A DNA stretch of 63,325 nt, counting the filler, from Actinomycetota bacterium (GTDB lineage: Bacteria; Actinomycetota; CADDZG01; JAHWKV01; JAOPZY01): the NCBI GenBank assembly GCA_025963875.1. It is 6 parts of 6 records of this genome, joined end to end, with 100 filler letters (N's around TTAATTAATTAA, not from the genome) between each part and the next. Parts side by side here need not be neighbours in the genome. Positions count along the whole stretch, not along the records: positions 30,026 to 44,397 come from JAOPZY010000180.1; positions 44,498 to 49,117 come from JAOPZY010000182.1; 4 more parts are not named here. One strand, 5' to 3'. Positions 37,815 to 48,217 of the stretch are shown in pieces (positions within the stretch are counted from its first letter, which is position 1; the number at the start of each line of letters is the position of its first letter). The position numbers and the translations under genes are program-made. Below the pieces are notes generated by a model that worked only from the letters and a program-made list of their open reading frames with translations, searched no databases and was not told the origin of the DNA.

Positions 37815-39182
37815 ATGACGAGAGCCTGGTCCCCCGAATCGTGGCGGGAGCTGCCCGCCGCCCAGCAGCCCGACTGGGGCGACCCCGGTGCGCTGGACCT
37901 CGCCCTGAAGGAGCTGCGGAACCAACCGCCCCTCGTGTTTGCAGGGGAGGCGCGGGCATTGAAGGCGGCCCTCGGAGCAGCTTCCCGGGGCGAAGCATTT
38001 GTACTCCAGGCGGGAGAATGCGCCGAGTCGTTCGACAACCTCTCCGCGGACTCGATCCGCGACCAGCTCAAGATCATCCTCCAGATGGCGGTCGTACTGA
38101 CCTACGCGTCGGGTCTGCCGATCGTCAAGGTGGGCAGGATCGCCGGGCAGTTCGCCAAGCCCCGCTCTTCGGCGAACGAGCTGGTCGGTGGGCTGGAGCT
38201 CCCGGCGTTCCGCGGCCACATGGTCAACGACATCGACTTCGACCCCGTCTCCCGGCGGGCCAACCCCAAGCGCCTCCTGCGGGCCTACCACCAGTCGGCA
38301 TCGACGCTGAACCTGCTGCGGGCCTTCACCAAAGGTGGCTTCGCCGACCTGAACAAGGTCCACATGTGGAACCAGGAGTTCGTCGCGGCCAGCCCGCAGG
38401 GACGCCGCTACGAGGACATCGCCAATGCGATCGACCGCGCCCTGCGCTTCATGGCTGCCTGCGGCATCAACCTGACCTCCGATGTGTCCCTCCACCAGGT
38501 GGACTTCTACACCTGCCACGAGGCCCTCATCCTCGGCTTCGAGGAGGCGCTCACCCGCCAGGACAGCCTGACCGGGGACTGGTACGACTGCTCCGCCCAC
38601 CTGCTGTGGGCGGGGGAACGGACCCGGCAAGCTGGCGGCGCGCACATCGAGTTCCTCTCGGGGCTGAAGAACCCCGTCGCCTGCAAGCTCGGCCCGAAGG
38701 CGACCCCCGCCGAGGTGCTGGAGCTCTGCGAACGCCTCGACCCGGACGGGGAGGCCGGCCGGCTGACGTTCATCGCCCGGATGGGCGCCAAGGCGGTCCG
38801 GGAGGCGCTGCCGCCGCTCGTCCGGGCGATCCGGGACTCGGGCCGGCCGGTGCTGTGGGTGTGCGACCCGATGCACGGCAACACCTTCACGACGGCCGCC
38901 GGCGTGAAGACCCGCCGCTTCGAGGACATCGTCGCCGAGATCAAGGGGTTCTTCGCCGTCCACGAGCTGGAGGGGACGTTCCCGGGCGGCGTGCACCTGG
39001 AGCTGACGGCGGACGAGGTAACCGAGTGCCTGGGCGGCGGCGACGACATCCTCGACAACCAGCTCGTGGCTTCGTACCGGTCGCTCTGCGACCCCCGCCT
39101 CAACGGGAACCAGTCGCTGGAACTGGCCTTCGAGCTGGGCGAGCTGCTGCAGGCCTGGGCCGCGCCCGTCAGGAGCGAATAG
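37815..39182 (+). CDS. Class II DAHP synthase
   Basis: PPLVFAGE, GRIAGQFAKPRS, GERTRQ, CDPMHGNT, CDPRLN. Confidence 0.96.
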   Translation: MTRAWSPESWRELPAAQQPDWGDPGALDLALKELRNQPPLVFAGEARALKAALGAASRGEAFVLQAGECAESFDNLSADSIRDQLKIILQMAVVLTYASGLPIVKVGRIAGQFAKPRSSANELVGGLELPAFRGHMVNDIDFDPVSRRANPKRLLRAYHQSASTLNLLRAFTKGGFADLNKVHMWNQEFVAASPQGRRYEDIANAIDRALRFMAACGINLTSDVSLHQVDFYTCHEALILGFEEALTRQDSLTGDWYDCSAHLLWAGERTRQAGGAHIEFLSGLKNPVACKLGPKATPAEVLELCERLDPDGEAGRLTFIARMGAKAVREALPPLVRAIRDSGRPVLWVCDPMHGNTFTTAAGVKTRRFEDIVAEIKGFFAVHELEGTFPGGVHLELTADEVTECLGGGDDILDNQLVASYRSLCDPRLNGNQSLELAFELGELLQAWAAPVRSE

Positions 39183-39197
39183 GTTGGCCCACGAGCC

Positions 39198-39788
39198 ATG
39201 GCCACCGTCGACCCCCTGAGCGACCCGACCCTCGCCTCCGACGCCGACCGGGAGATCATCTGCGCCCGGCTTCAGGAGGCCCACGTCCACGGTCGGCTCA
39301 CCCTCGAGGAGCTGTCGCAACGCCTCGACACCGCCCTCAAGGCCCGGACCAGGGGTGAGCTGCTTCCGTTGATCCAGGACCTCCCGGCGCCACCCGGCGG
39401 GGTGGTGGGCCCGCTGCCGAAGCGCTGGCACATCGCGGTGATGGGGTCCACGCGGCGCCACGGCCGCTGGTTGGTGCCGGCCGAGAGCTGGTGGACGGCG
39501 GTGCTGGGCAAGTGCCGGCTCGACCTCACGAAGGCCCAGTTCGAGGCGCCGGTGACGACGATCAACATCGCCCGGGTGATGGGCAGCATCGAGGTCCGGG
39601 TGCCGAAGGGCTTCGAGATCTCACTGGAGGGCACGTCGCTGCTCGGCGGCAAGCACCTGCGGCTCGACGGGCCACCCCCGCCGCCGGGGGCGCCGGTCAT
39701 CCGGATCCGGGTCCTCTCCGGCATGGGAGCCGTCAAGGTCACCGACCGGGAGAGCCTCCGCTCCCGCCTCCGGGACAGCGGCTTCTGA
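39198..39788 (+). CDS. DUF1707 (SHOCT-like) protein with a C-terminal LiaF/DUF2154-like domain
   Basis: ASDADRE....L..A...GRLTLEE...R....L.ART..EL. Confidence 0.88.
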   Translation: MATVDPLSDPTLASDADREIICARLQEAHVHGRLTLEELSQRLDTALKARTRGELLPLIQDLPAPPGGVVGPLPKRWHIAVMGSTRRHGRWLVPAESWWTAVLGKCRLDLTKAQFEAPVTTINIARVMGSIEVRVPKGFEISLEGTSLLGGKHLRLDGPPPPPGAPVIRIRVLSGMGAVKVTDRESLRSRLRDSGF

Positions 39789-39794
39789 TTGCCC

Positions 39795-39845
39795 CGAGGT
39801 TTCGTAACTATTCGTCGTCTGGGAACCAAAAGTTACGAAACCTCG
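39795..39845. repeat. Perfect 15-bp inverted repeat with a 21-bp spacer
   Basis: CGAGGTTTCGTAACT-N21-AGTTACGAAACCTCG. Confidence 0.9.
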
Positions 39846-39887
39846 AGCAAAATCCCTGCCACCCCGGCTGGGGATAGGCTGCGACGC

Positions 39888-40592
39888 GTGACCGAGGTCG
39901 TGCGGAGCCGGCACTTCGGGCGCGTGGCCGTGGTCGAGCTGCACCGGCCCGAGGTGCGCCATGCCATGAACACGGATCTGCTGCAGGCGCTGATCGGGGC
40001 GCTGCGGGGTCTTGCGCAGGCCACCGACACCGACGCCGTCGTGGTCACCGGCTCGGACCGTTGCTTCTCGTCGGGGGCGGACGTCTCCGAGGACATCGAC
40101 CGGGCGGCCGCCCTCGAGCGTATGGACCTCTTCGGGACGCTGTACGAGCTCGTTGCGACGTACCCGCTCCCCACGGTGGCCGCCATTGGGGGGTGGTGCA
40201 TCGGCGGCGGGGCGGAGGTGGCGTCGGCGTGCGACCTCCGGGTGGGGACGCCGAGCACCTCGATCCGCTTCCCGGGCGCCGCCTACGGGGTCCCGGCCGG
40301 GGCCGCCCGGCTCCCGCTCCTGATCGGGCTCTCGCACGCCAAGGACCTGCTGATGACGGCCCGCACCGTCGGGGCCGAGGAGGCCTACCGGATGGGGTTC
40401 CTCAACCGTCTCGTCGCCGAGGAACAGCTCCTCGACGAGTCGGCGGCGCTGGCGTTGGTCATGGCGTCGAACCCCGGGGCGATCACCCAGAAGCGTGCGC
40501 TCGACGAGGCCAGCGGCCTCTCGGCGCGGCTGCAGGCGGAGAACCGGGGGCTCAGGCGCTGGCAATCGGAGGCGAAGGGCCTGATGGGCTGA
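39888..40592 (+). CDS. Enoyl-CoA hydratase/isomerase family protein
   Basis: FSSGAD, PTVAAI.G.CIGGG.E.A.ACDLR, AEEAYRMG; TAGGCT-N7-GTG leaderless start. Confidence 0.92.
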   Translation: MTEVVRSRHFGRVAVVELHRPEVRHAMNTDLLQALIGALRGLAQATDTDAVVVTGSDRCFSSGADVSEDIDRAAALERMDLFGTLYELVATYPLPTVAAIGGWCIGGGAEVASACDLRVGTPSTSIRFPGAAYGVPAGAARLPLLIGLSHAKDLLMTARTVGAEEAYRMGFLNRLVAEEQLLDESAALALVMASNPGAITQKRALDEASGLSARLQAENRGLRRWQSEAKGLMG

Positions 40593-40761
40593 ACAGAAAA
40601 GGCGCCTTGGGCACGAGGGGAAGACCGGCCCATGACACCTTTTCCAGCGGCATATTATCCACAGCTCGGACGGTTCGCAACGCCCGGGCTAATCGGGCCC
40701 GCCGCCGGGGTTGGTTTCCCGGGAGGGCCCGTATGCTGGGAACACAGCGGAAGGAGAGACG

Positions 40762-41853
40762 ATGAATCGGCGGGGTGTCCGGCTCGGCAGGATCCTGGGG
40801 GTGGAGATCGTCCTCCACCCGTCCTGGTTCGTCCTCGCAGGTCTGATCGCCTACCTGCTCGGCCAGGGCTTCTCGACGGGGACGCCCAACTTCTCGGGGC
40901 CCGGGGCGGTGCTGCTCGGCCTCATGGGGGCCGTTCTCTTCTTCGCCTCCGTCCTCGCCCACGAGCTGGCGCACGCCGTCGTGGCCGAGCGCAAGGGCAT
41001 CCCCGTGCACCGCATCACGCTGTTCCTCCTGGGCGGAGCCGCCCAGATCACGCGGGAGCCCGACTCGGCAGGCGACGAGGTGAAGATCGCCCTGGCCGGG
41101 CCGGCGCTGTCCGTCGTGCTGGGGGTGCTGCTGCTCGGCCTCGGGCTGCTGGCAGACCAGTTCGGTGCGCTGGCGGGCGCTGCGCTGTTCGGGACCCTGG
41201 GCGCGATCAACCTCCTGCTGGCAGTGTTCAACATGCTTCCTGGTTTTCCCATGGACGGTGGACGGGTGCTGCGGGCCGCGGTCTGGGCGGGGACCCACGA
41301 CCTCGCCAAGGCCACCAGGGTGGCGGCGACCGCGGGGCGGGTCATCGGCGTCGCGATGATCGGTGCCGGCGTGAGCCTGACCTTCCTGGGCGGGTTCCCG
41401 CTCAACGGCATCTGGCTGGCCCTGATCGGGTTCTTCCTCCACCAGTCCGCCCACGCCGCCTACCGCCAGGCACCGGCCGGCGGCCTGGCGGCGCACGTGG
41501 GCATGACCGTGGGCCAGCTCATGACCCCCCAGCCCGAGTGGATCCCCACCGGGCTCCACCTCGACGAGGATGTCCACCGCCGCCTCGGGGCGCTGCGGGA
41601 CCGGGCATTCCCGGTGGTCGGCCCCTCCGGGCGCATCGAAGGTGTCCTCACCCTCGAGGGGATGGAGGCGGTCCCCTCGGAGCGCTGGGCGACGCTCACG
41701 GCCGGGGAGGTCATGGTGCCGATGGCCCCGGAGATGGTCGCGAATGCCGCCGAGCCCTACGAGTGGGTCGCCGCCCGGGTGGGAGCCAACCCGGCCGGGC
41801 GCTTCGTCGTCCTCGACGGGGGGCGGCTGGTCGGGGTGCTCAGCTGCCGGTGA
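40762..41853 (+). CDS. Site-2 protease (M50) with CBS domains
   Basis: HELAH, IALAGP, FNMLPGFPMDGG, CBS-like C-terminus. Confidence 0.93.
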   Translation: MNRRGVRLGRILGVEIVLHPSWFVLAGLIAYLLGQGFSTGTPNFSGPGAVLLGLMGAVLFFASVLAHELAHAVVAERKGIPVHRITLFLLGGAAQITREPDSAGDEVKIALAGPALSVVLGVLLLGLGLLADQFGALAGAALFGTLGAINLLLAVFNMLPGFPMDGGRVLRAAVWAGTHDLAKATRVAATAGRVIGVAMIGAGVSLTFLGGFPLNGIWLALIGFFLHQSAHAAYRQAPAGGLAAHVGMTVGQLMTPQPEWIPTGLHLDEDVHRRLGALRDRAFPVVGPSGRIEGVLTLEGMEAVPSERWATLTAGEVMVPMAPEMVANAAEPYEWVAARVGANPAGRFVVLDGGRLVGVLSCR

Positions 41854-42686
41854 CGGGCTTCGAGCCGGGGGAGCGGGTCCTCCTGCTGGACGATCGCGGG
41901 CGGCGGTACCTCATCACGCTCCAGCAGGGCCAGTCGTACCACTTCCACCGCGGGATCGTCGCCCACGACCTGCTGATCGGCCAGCCCGAGGGCGTCACGG
42001 TGCGGACGACGAGCGGCGCCGCGGTGATCGCGCTCCGCCCGACGTTCGCCGAGTTCGTCCTGAAGATGAAGCGGGGGGCGCAGGTGGTCTACCCCAAGGA
42101 CCTGGCGATGATCCTGCTCCACGGCGACGTCTACCCGGGAGCGAACGTCCTCGAGGCCGGGGCGGGCTCCGGGGCGCTCACGATGGCGCTGCTGCGGGCG
42201 GTCGGCCCCGAAGGCAGGGTGGTGACCTACGAGCTTCGGGAGGACTTTGCGGCGCTGGCCAGGGCCAACGTCGAGGCGTTCCTCGGCAAGGCGGAGAACC
42301 TCGAGATCAAGATGGGCAGCGTCTACGAGCCCGTGGAGGAGACCGACATCGACCGGATCGTCCTCGACGTCCCGGAGCCCTGGCGGGCGCTGGAAGGCGC
42401 CGGAGCGGCCCTCCGGCCCGGCGGGGTCTTCGTCGCCTACCTCCCGACGGTGCTGCAGGTGCACAGCCTCGTCGAGGCGCTGCACGGGGACCCGTCGTGG
42501 ACGCTGGTGTCGTCATTTGAGGCCCTGGTGCGACCCTGGCACGTCGAGGGCAGATCGGTGCGACCGGAGCACAGGATGGTCGCCCACACCGGATTCATCA
42601 CGACCGCTCGCAAGATCCTGGCACCAAAGTTCTTACCAGGACGGGCCGATCGGCCGATAATGCCAGAAGACCCCCCTATACTTTGA
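41850..42686 (+). CDS. trmI: tRNA (adenine-58-N1)-methyltransferase
   Basis: MKRGAQVVYPKD, VLEAGAGSGALT, RPEHRMVAHTGF; directly upstream of arc. Confidence 0.94.
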   Translation: MTGFEPGERVLLLDDRGRRYLITLQQGQSYHFHRGIVAHDLLIGQPEGVTVRTTSGAAVIALRPTFAEFVLKMKRGAQVVYPKDLAMILLHGDVYPGANVLEAGAGSGALTMALLRAVGPEGRVVTYELREDFAALARANVEAFLGKAENLEIKMGSVYEPVEETDIDRIVLDVPEPWRALEGAGAALRPGGVFVAYLPTVLQVHSLVEALHGDPSWTLVSSFEALVRPWHVEGRSVRPEHRMVAHTGFITTARKILAPKFLPGRADRPIMPEDPPIL

Positions 42687-42740
42687 CCCTGACCACCCGT
42701 CGCAGCGTGGCCGCTTGTTCCGAGAGGAGGTAGGGGAGGG

Positions 42741-44397
42741 ATGCCTCGCCAGCCTGAATTCGACCGTCGCCTAGCGGAATACGAGCGCGAAGTCGGGGAG
42801 CTGCAGATGCAGGTCAAGCTCCTCGAAGAAGAATCCGGAGCCCTCCGCTCCAAGCTCGCCGATGCCCCGATCCGCATCCGTGAGCTCGAGGCCCACCTCC
42901 TGGAGGCGCGGGCCGAGTACTCCCGGTCACGGGAGCAGTCCGAGCGGATGACGGAGCTCCTGCGGCAGGCGCGGGAGCAGATCGTCGCCCTCCGGGAGGA
43001 GGTCGAGAAGCTGACGGCGCCCCCGTCGGGGTACGGCGTCTTCCTCACCACCCACGAGGACGGCACCATCGACGTGTTCACCGGCGGCCGCAAGCTCCGG
43101 GTGAACGTCGCCCCCGAGATCGAGGCCGAGAAGCTGGCCAAGGGCCAGGAGCTCCTGCTGAACGAGGCCCTCAACGTCGTCGCGGCCTGCGGCTACGAGA
43201 TCCAGGGCGAGGTGGTGTCGCTCAAGGAGCGGATCGAAGGCGGCCGGGCGATCGTCATCTCCCACGCCGACGAGGAGCGGGTCGTCCAGCTCTCCGAGCC
43301 TCTGCGGGAGGTCCTCCTCCGAGCCGGCGACTCCCTGCTGCTCGATGCCAAGTCCGGCTACGTCCTGGAGAAGCTGCCCAAGCCCGAGGTCGAGGAGCTC
43401 ATCCTCGAGGAGGTCCCCGATGTCTCCTACGAGGCCATCGGCGGGCTCGACTCCCAGATCGAGGCGCTGCGCGACGCCGTGGAGCTGCCGTTCATCCACG
43501 CCGACCTGTTCGCCGACCACCAGCTCACGCCGCCCAAGGGCGTCCTGCTCTACGGACCCCCCGGGTGCGGCAAGACCCTCATCGCCAAGGCCGTGGCCAA
43601 CTCGCTCGCCAAGCGGAGCCAGGAGACGACCGGCAAGGACGTGCGGGCGTACTTCCTGAACGTGAAGGGGCCGGAGCTGCTGAACAAGTACGTCGGCGAG
43701 ACCGAGCGCCAGATCCGCCTCATCTTCCAGCGGGCGAAGGAGAAGTCCCAGGAGGGCGTGCCGGTCATCGTGTTCTTCGACGAGATGGAGTCGCTGTTCC
43801 GGACCCGCGGGTCGGGCATCTCGAGCGACATCGAGACGACGATCGTGCCCCAGCTCCTTTCGGAGATCGACGGCGTCGAGTCGCTGCGCAACGTCATCGT
43901 CATCGGCGCCTCCAACCGGGAGGACCTCATCGACCCCGCCATCCTGCGCCCGGGACGGCTCGACGTGAAGATCAAGATCGAGCGGCCGGACGAGAGCGCC
44001 GCCGCAGCCATCTGCTCGAAGTACCTGACGCCGCAGGTCCCGATCCACGCCTCCGAGATCGAGTCGGCGGGCGGGGACATCGACGCGGCGATCCGTTCGA
44101 TGATCCGGGCCACGGTCGCGGAGATGTACAGCGTCGCGGACACGAACGAGTTCCTGGAGGTCACGTACGCCAACGGCGACAAGGAGATCCTGTACTTCAA
44201 GGACTTCGCCTCCGGGGCCATGATGGAGAACATCGTGCGCCGGGCCAAGAAGCTCGCCATCAAGCGGCTGATCGCCACCGGGCAGCGGGGCCTCAAGACC
44301 GAGGACCTGCTGGAGTCCATCGTGCAGGAGTACCGCGAGAACGAGGACCTCCCGAACACCACGAACCCCGACGACTGGGCGAAGATCTCCGGCAAGA
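42741..44397 (+). CDS. arc: Proteasome AAA+ ATPase (Arc/Mpa), 3'-partial
   Basis: Coiled coil, [55 protein letters not shown]. Confidence 0.96.
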
Positions 44398-44497
44398 NNN
44401 NNNNNNNNNNNNNNNNNNNNNNNNNNNNNNNNNNNNNNNNNTTAATTAATTAANNNNNNNNNNNNNNNNNNNNNNNNNNNNNNNNNNNNNNNNNNNN
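44398..44497. other. Artificial contig linker
   Basis: N run + TTAATTAATTAA + N run. Confidence 0.99.
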
Positions 44498-44641
44498 GCC
44501 GGAGGCGGTCCGGCCCGAGGTGCTACCGGCAAACACGCCACTCGTGGCGAGCGCCGCCACGGCGACCACGGTCCCGGCGATCCCGCCGGCGGTGTAGGGC
44601 AGCCAGCGCCGCTTGCGGGCGAGCCGGGTCGCGTCAGTCAT
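44498..44641 (-). CDS. Membrane-anchored or exported hypothetical protein, 3'-partial
   Basis: AAAGGAG RBS, basic N-terminus, one hydrophobic helix. Confidence 0.55.
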
Positions 44642-44707
44642 GCAGGTGGTGTCTCCTTTTCAAGCCAGGTGCACTGATCCAGGGTAGCCCGCCTTCTTCG
44701 GCAACCA

Positions 44708-45544
44708 TCAGCTCCGCCACTGGCCCGAGCGGAGGCGCTCGATGCGCTCCGCGGTCGGGGGGTGGGTCCGGAACAGGCTCGAGAAGGCCATCTTGCGGCC
44801 GGTCAGCGGGTTGACGATGAAGGCCTGCGCCGCGGCGGGCTGGACGTTCATCGGGACGGCCCGCACGCCCGCCTCGATCTTGGCCAGCGCCGATGCCAGG
44901 CTCTCGCCGTCGCCGATCAGCCGGGCGCCCGAACGGTCGGCCTCGAACTCCCGGCTGCGGGTGAGCGCCATCTGCAGCAGCATGGCGGCGACGGGCGCCA
45001 GGATGAAGAGGGCGAGGCTGACGAGGGCATTGTTGCGCCGGCCACCTCCTCCGAAGAAGAACCCGATGCGGGCGATCCACATGATCCCCATGGCCGCGGC
45101 GGCGGCCACCGAGCCGATGAGGATGTCCCGGTTGCCGACGTGGCTGATCTCGTGTGCCAGGACCCCCCGGAGCTCCTCCCAGCTCAGCGTCGTGAGGATG
45201 CCCTGGGTGACGGCGACCGCGGCGTGCCGCGGGTTGCGCCCGGTGGCGAAGGCGTTGGGCTGCGGTGAAGGCGAGACGCAGAGCTTCGGCATCGGGATCC
45301 CCGCACGTTGGGTCAGGTCCCGGACGACTGCGTAGTACTCCGGCATCTCGGCCTCAGTGACCGGAACCGCCCGGGACGCCTTGATGGCGATGCGGTCCGA
45401 GAACCAGTAGGAGGCGCCGGTGAACGCCAGGGCGGCCAGCAGCCCGAACGTGGCGCCGACACCCCTGCCCACCAGGCCGCCGATCAGGATGATCAGCCCG
45501 CCCATCGTGGCGAGGAGGATGTACGTCTTGACGGTGTTCTTCAT
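44708..45544 (-). CDS. htpX: Zinc metalloprotease HtpX (M48)
   Basis: PNAFATGRNP, LAHEISH, RSREFEAD, THPPT.ERI. Confidence 0.95.
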   Translation of the reverse strand: MKNTVKTYILLATMGGLIILIGGLVGRGVGATFGLLAALAFTGASYWFSDRIAIKASRAVPVTEAEMPEYYAVVRDLTQRAGIPMPKLCVSPSPQPNAFATGRNPRHAAVAVTQGILTTLSWEELRGVLAHEISHVGNRDILIGSVAAAAAMGIMWIARIGFFFGGGGRRNNALVSLALFILAPVAAMLLQMALTRSREFEADRSGARLIGDGESLASALAKIEAGVRAVPMNVQPAAAQAFIVNPLTGRKMAFSSLFRTHPPTAERIERLRSGQWRS

Positions 45545-45548
45545 CTTC

Positions 45549-45576
45549 TTGCCTCCTGCGAATTGCCTCCTGCGAA
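45549..45576. repeat. 14-bp tandem duplication containing the htpX ribosome-binding site
   Basis: ttgcctcctgcgaa twice (reverse complement contains AGGAGG). Confidence 0.9.
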
Positions 45577-45580
45577 TTGG

Positions 45581-47044
45581 TCAGACCCAGTGTCGTACCG
45601 ATCGCTGTGACGATCCTGTGAGCGCCGCGATGAGCAGGACGCCCAGGACCAGGGGGCTCACGGCGCTGCGCAGGACCGTCGTCGCCCCGGCCAGGATCGG
45701 CGGCAGGGCGACCACCCGACCCGGCAGGTAGGCGAGGGCCAGCATCCCGGTGTGGGCCAGCAGGATCCGGTGGTACCGGGACGCCGGCAGGAGGGCGGCG
45801 AGCGCCCAGGGCACCACGTCGTACCAGGCGAGGACGTAGGGGGCGGCCAGCGTCCAGGCGAGCGCGACCGCGAGTCCGGCCCGAGCCGCCTGCGCCACCG
45901 GGTCCGCACGGTCGGCAGGGTCCGCCTCCGGCAGGTCGCGGGCGAGCCGGACCGCCAGCAGGACCGTGACGGCCAGGGATCCTGCCCCAACGACGAAGCT
46001 GGCCACCCCGTGCCCGGCGACGGCCTGCAGCACCGAGCGGACGGGGCGCCAGGGGGTGCCGACCGAGACGAAGCTCGACGCCCGCCTGGCTTGCCCAAGG
46101 GCGTGCAGGCCCGTGCCGAGATAGCCGGCGGCGGTGGCGGCCACCGCCCCGCCGGCCAGGGCGACGGCCTGTCTCCGCTGGCGGGACCGCTCCAGCAGCC
46201 ATGCCCAGCCCACCGCCGGCAGCCCGGCGGTCAGCTTCACGAGCACCCCGGCGCCGGAGGCGACCCCGGCCCACCATGGCGAGCGCCGTAGGAGGGCAAG
46301 GGAACCCACGACGGCGAGCACGGCCAGGGCGTCGACGTGCGCCCCGGCCACGACGGCGAAGAGCAGCACCGGGTTGCAACCGAACGCCAGGACGGCTCGG
46401 CGGCGCCGGCCCTCGTCGGCCCCGGCAAGCACGAACAGCAGCCACCCTGCGACGGCGAATGCCGCGGCGTTGACAACGTCGAGCAGGCCGACGGCGACGC
46501 GCAGGTCGCCACCCGACACCCGCACGACGAGGGCCTGCTCGGCGGTGGCCAGCGGTCCGTAGACGCTCGGCGTCGAGCGCCAGGGGTCCTCGACCGCCCG
46601 GGCGAAGGGATCGGTGAGGGACGAGGGCCGGACGGCATAGGGGTCCCTGCCCTGGCCGGCGATGTGGCCGTAGGCGGCGTAGCTGAGGACGTCCGCGCCA
46701 CCGACGGGCGGCACGAGGGCCAGAACCCCTGCGGCGACGATCCCGGCCGCCAGGAGGCGGGTGGGGGAGGGGGCCCAGCCCTCACGAAGAGCGACCCACC
46801 CCGCGGCCGTGGCGGCGACCGAGAGGATCACTGCGGCCATGAGGAGGAGGGTGACCAGCCATGCCGATGGCTGGAGTGAGGCGCCCGCGGGGAACGGGCC
46901 GGGGGGGAGCGGGACGACCGCGGCGCTCGGCCCGAGCACGCCGGTGAGGGCGACGAGGCCGAGGGCGACGGCGGTCGCCACCATCGCCAGCCGGCCAAGG
47001 CGCGTGGCGTGGGAGAGGGGTGCGCTGGATGCGGGCTGGGTCAC
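45581..47044 (-). CDS. GT-C fold glycosyltransferase (MptB-like alpha-1,6-mannosyltransferase)
   Basis: DVLSYAAYG....GRDPY, W..TPSVYGP, NP........GAH.D, many transmembrane helices. Confidence 0.82.
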   Translation of the reverse strand: MTQPASSAPLSHATRLGRLAMVATAVALGLVALTGVLGPSAAVVPLPPGPFPAGASLQPSAWLVTLLLMAAVILSVAATAAGWVALREGWAPSPTRLLAAGIVAAGVLALVPPVGGADVLSYAAYGHIAGQGRDPYAVRPSSLTDPFARAVEDPWRSTPSVYGPLATAEQALVVRVSGGDLRVAVGLLDVVNAAAFAVAGWLLFVLAGADEGRRRRAVLAFGCNPVLLFAVVAGAHVDALAVLAVVGSLALLRRSPWWAGVASGAGVLVKLTAGLPAVGWAWLLERSRQRRQAVALAGGAVAATAAGYLGTGLHALGQARRASSFVSVGTPWRPVRSVLQAVAGHGVASFVVGAGSLAVTVLLAVRLARDLPEADPADRADPVAQAARAGLAVALAWTLAAPYVLAWYDVVPWALAALLPASRYHRILLAHTGMLALAYLPGRVVALPPILAGATTVLRSAVSPLVLGVLLIAALTGSSQRSVRHWV

Positions 47045-47170
47045 GTTCCGGTGGGGGATTCTACCGGCCGCACTTCGCAGGGGCCTCTCAGGTCTTTCCC
47101 AGATCCTTCACAGGTCCGGCGGCGAAGCTGGAAGCTGGAGGGGCAACAAGGCGAACGAGAGGAGGCAGGG

Positions 47171-47404
47171 ATGAGGTACGGCTTCCAGTCCGGCGCCGGT
47201 TCGGCCGTCGCCTGGGGACTCGTGGCGCTGCTGCTGGGACTGATCGGGCTTGCATTCCCGCTGCTGTTCGTCGCCGTCGCCGTTGCGCTCACCGCCCGGG
47301 CCGTCGTGTGGGCACACCGAACTGAGGGAAGAGGCACTGTTCAGCCAGTTCGCCCTGTCGATGCTCAAGCAGGGGAGAGGGCGCCCTTCGGGAGCGCCAC
47401 GTAA
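47171..47404 (+). CDS. Small membrane protein
   Basis: GGAGG RBS and a long hydrophobic segment. Confidence 0.55.
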   Translation: MRYGFQSGAGSAVAWGLVALLLGLIGLAFPLLFVAVAVALTARAVVWAHRTEGRGTVQPVRPVDAQAGERAPFGSAT

Positions 47405-47432
47405 CGGACCGAGGTTCCTTGCCGTTGGCAGA

Positions 47433-48215
47433 CTATGCGGCCCGGTAGGCCTCGAAGCCGGGGCTCCACCAGGCGTTTCCCTCCGCATCGACGACGTAGG
47501 ACTCGTAGCCCTCGAGGTTGCGCAACCAAGCCGGTGCGGCGGCGCCCATGGCCTGCGCAGCGGTGGCGTAGGCATCGGCGAGGGTGAGGCTGGGCCCCAC
47601 GATCGTGACCGACGCAAGCCCGGTGGCCGGCAGCCCGGTGTGCGGGTCGAACACGTGCGGGCCCCGTTCTGCGGTGCCGGAGGTCGCCACCGCTCCGTCG
47701 GCCAGGGCTACGACGACCGTAAGGGCGCCCACTTCCAGCGGGTGGGTGATGCCGACGTGCCAGCGCCGTCCTGGTTCCGGTGCCCCCCGGACCCGCACGT
47801 CCCCGCCGGCATTGATGCAGTGGTTGCGGCTCCCGGTCTCGGCCAGCAACGCCGAGGCGGCCTCGACCGACCATCCCTTGACGAGGCCGGAAGGGTCGAG
47901 GGCGCCCCCCGGGGCGGCTCGGGCATCGAAGTACCCGCCCGTGGAGGCTCGGAGGCTGTCGCACTGCTGCAGGACCTCCCGTACCTTTGGGTCGGCGTTG
48001 TCGAGGGCGAGTGCCCCGCTTCCGATCCGGCTGATCTGGCTGCCGGCTTTGTAGGTACTGAAGGTGTCGTCGACCCAGCGAAGCCACGCGAACGCCGCCT
48101 GGAGCGCCGACGCCAGGTCGTCCGGTGGGAGGCCGTCGCGGATGTCGATGCCGATCGCGGTTCCCATGATCTGTTCCACGCGGCTGGCGCCCGGTCGTGC
48201 ACCGGGCCGGGCCAC
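47433..48215 (-). CDS. apbE: FAD:protein FMN transferase
   Basis: MGT, FSTY...S.ISR, DPSGLVKGW, NAGGD, AVATSG, ADAYATA. Confidence 0.93.
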   Translation of the reverse strand: MARPGARPGASRVEQIMGTAIGIDIRDGLPPDDLASALQAAFAWLRWVDDTFSTYKAGSQISRIGSGALALDNADPKVREVLQQCDSLRASTGGYFDARAAPGGALDPSGLVKGWSVEAASALLAETGSRNHCINAGGDVRVRGAPEPGRRWHVGITHPLEVGALTVVVALADGAVATSGTAERGPHVFDPHTGLPATGLASVTIVGPSLTLADAYATAAQAMGAAAPAWLRNLEGYESYVVDAEGNAWWSPGFEAYRAA

Positions 48216-48217
48216 CG

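Noticed and set aside
40655..40663. Perfect DnaA box TTATCCACA as an origin
   Set aside because: Single box, no cluster or AT-rich unwinding element; oriC would be expected beyond yidD, past the end of contig 2
40632..42686. 684-aa TrmI fusion
   Set aside because: The 5' part is an off-frame reading of the site-2 protease; the real start is the GTGA overlap at 41850
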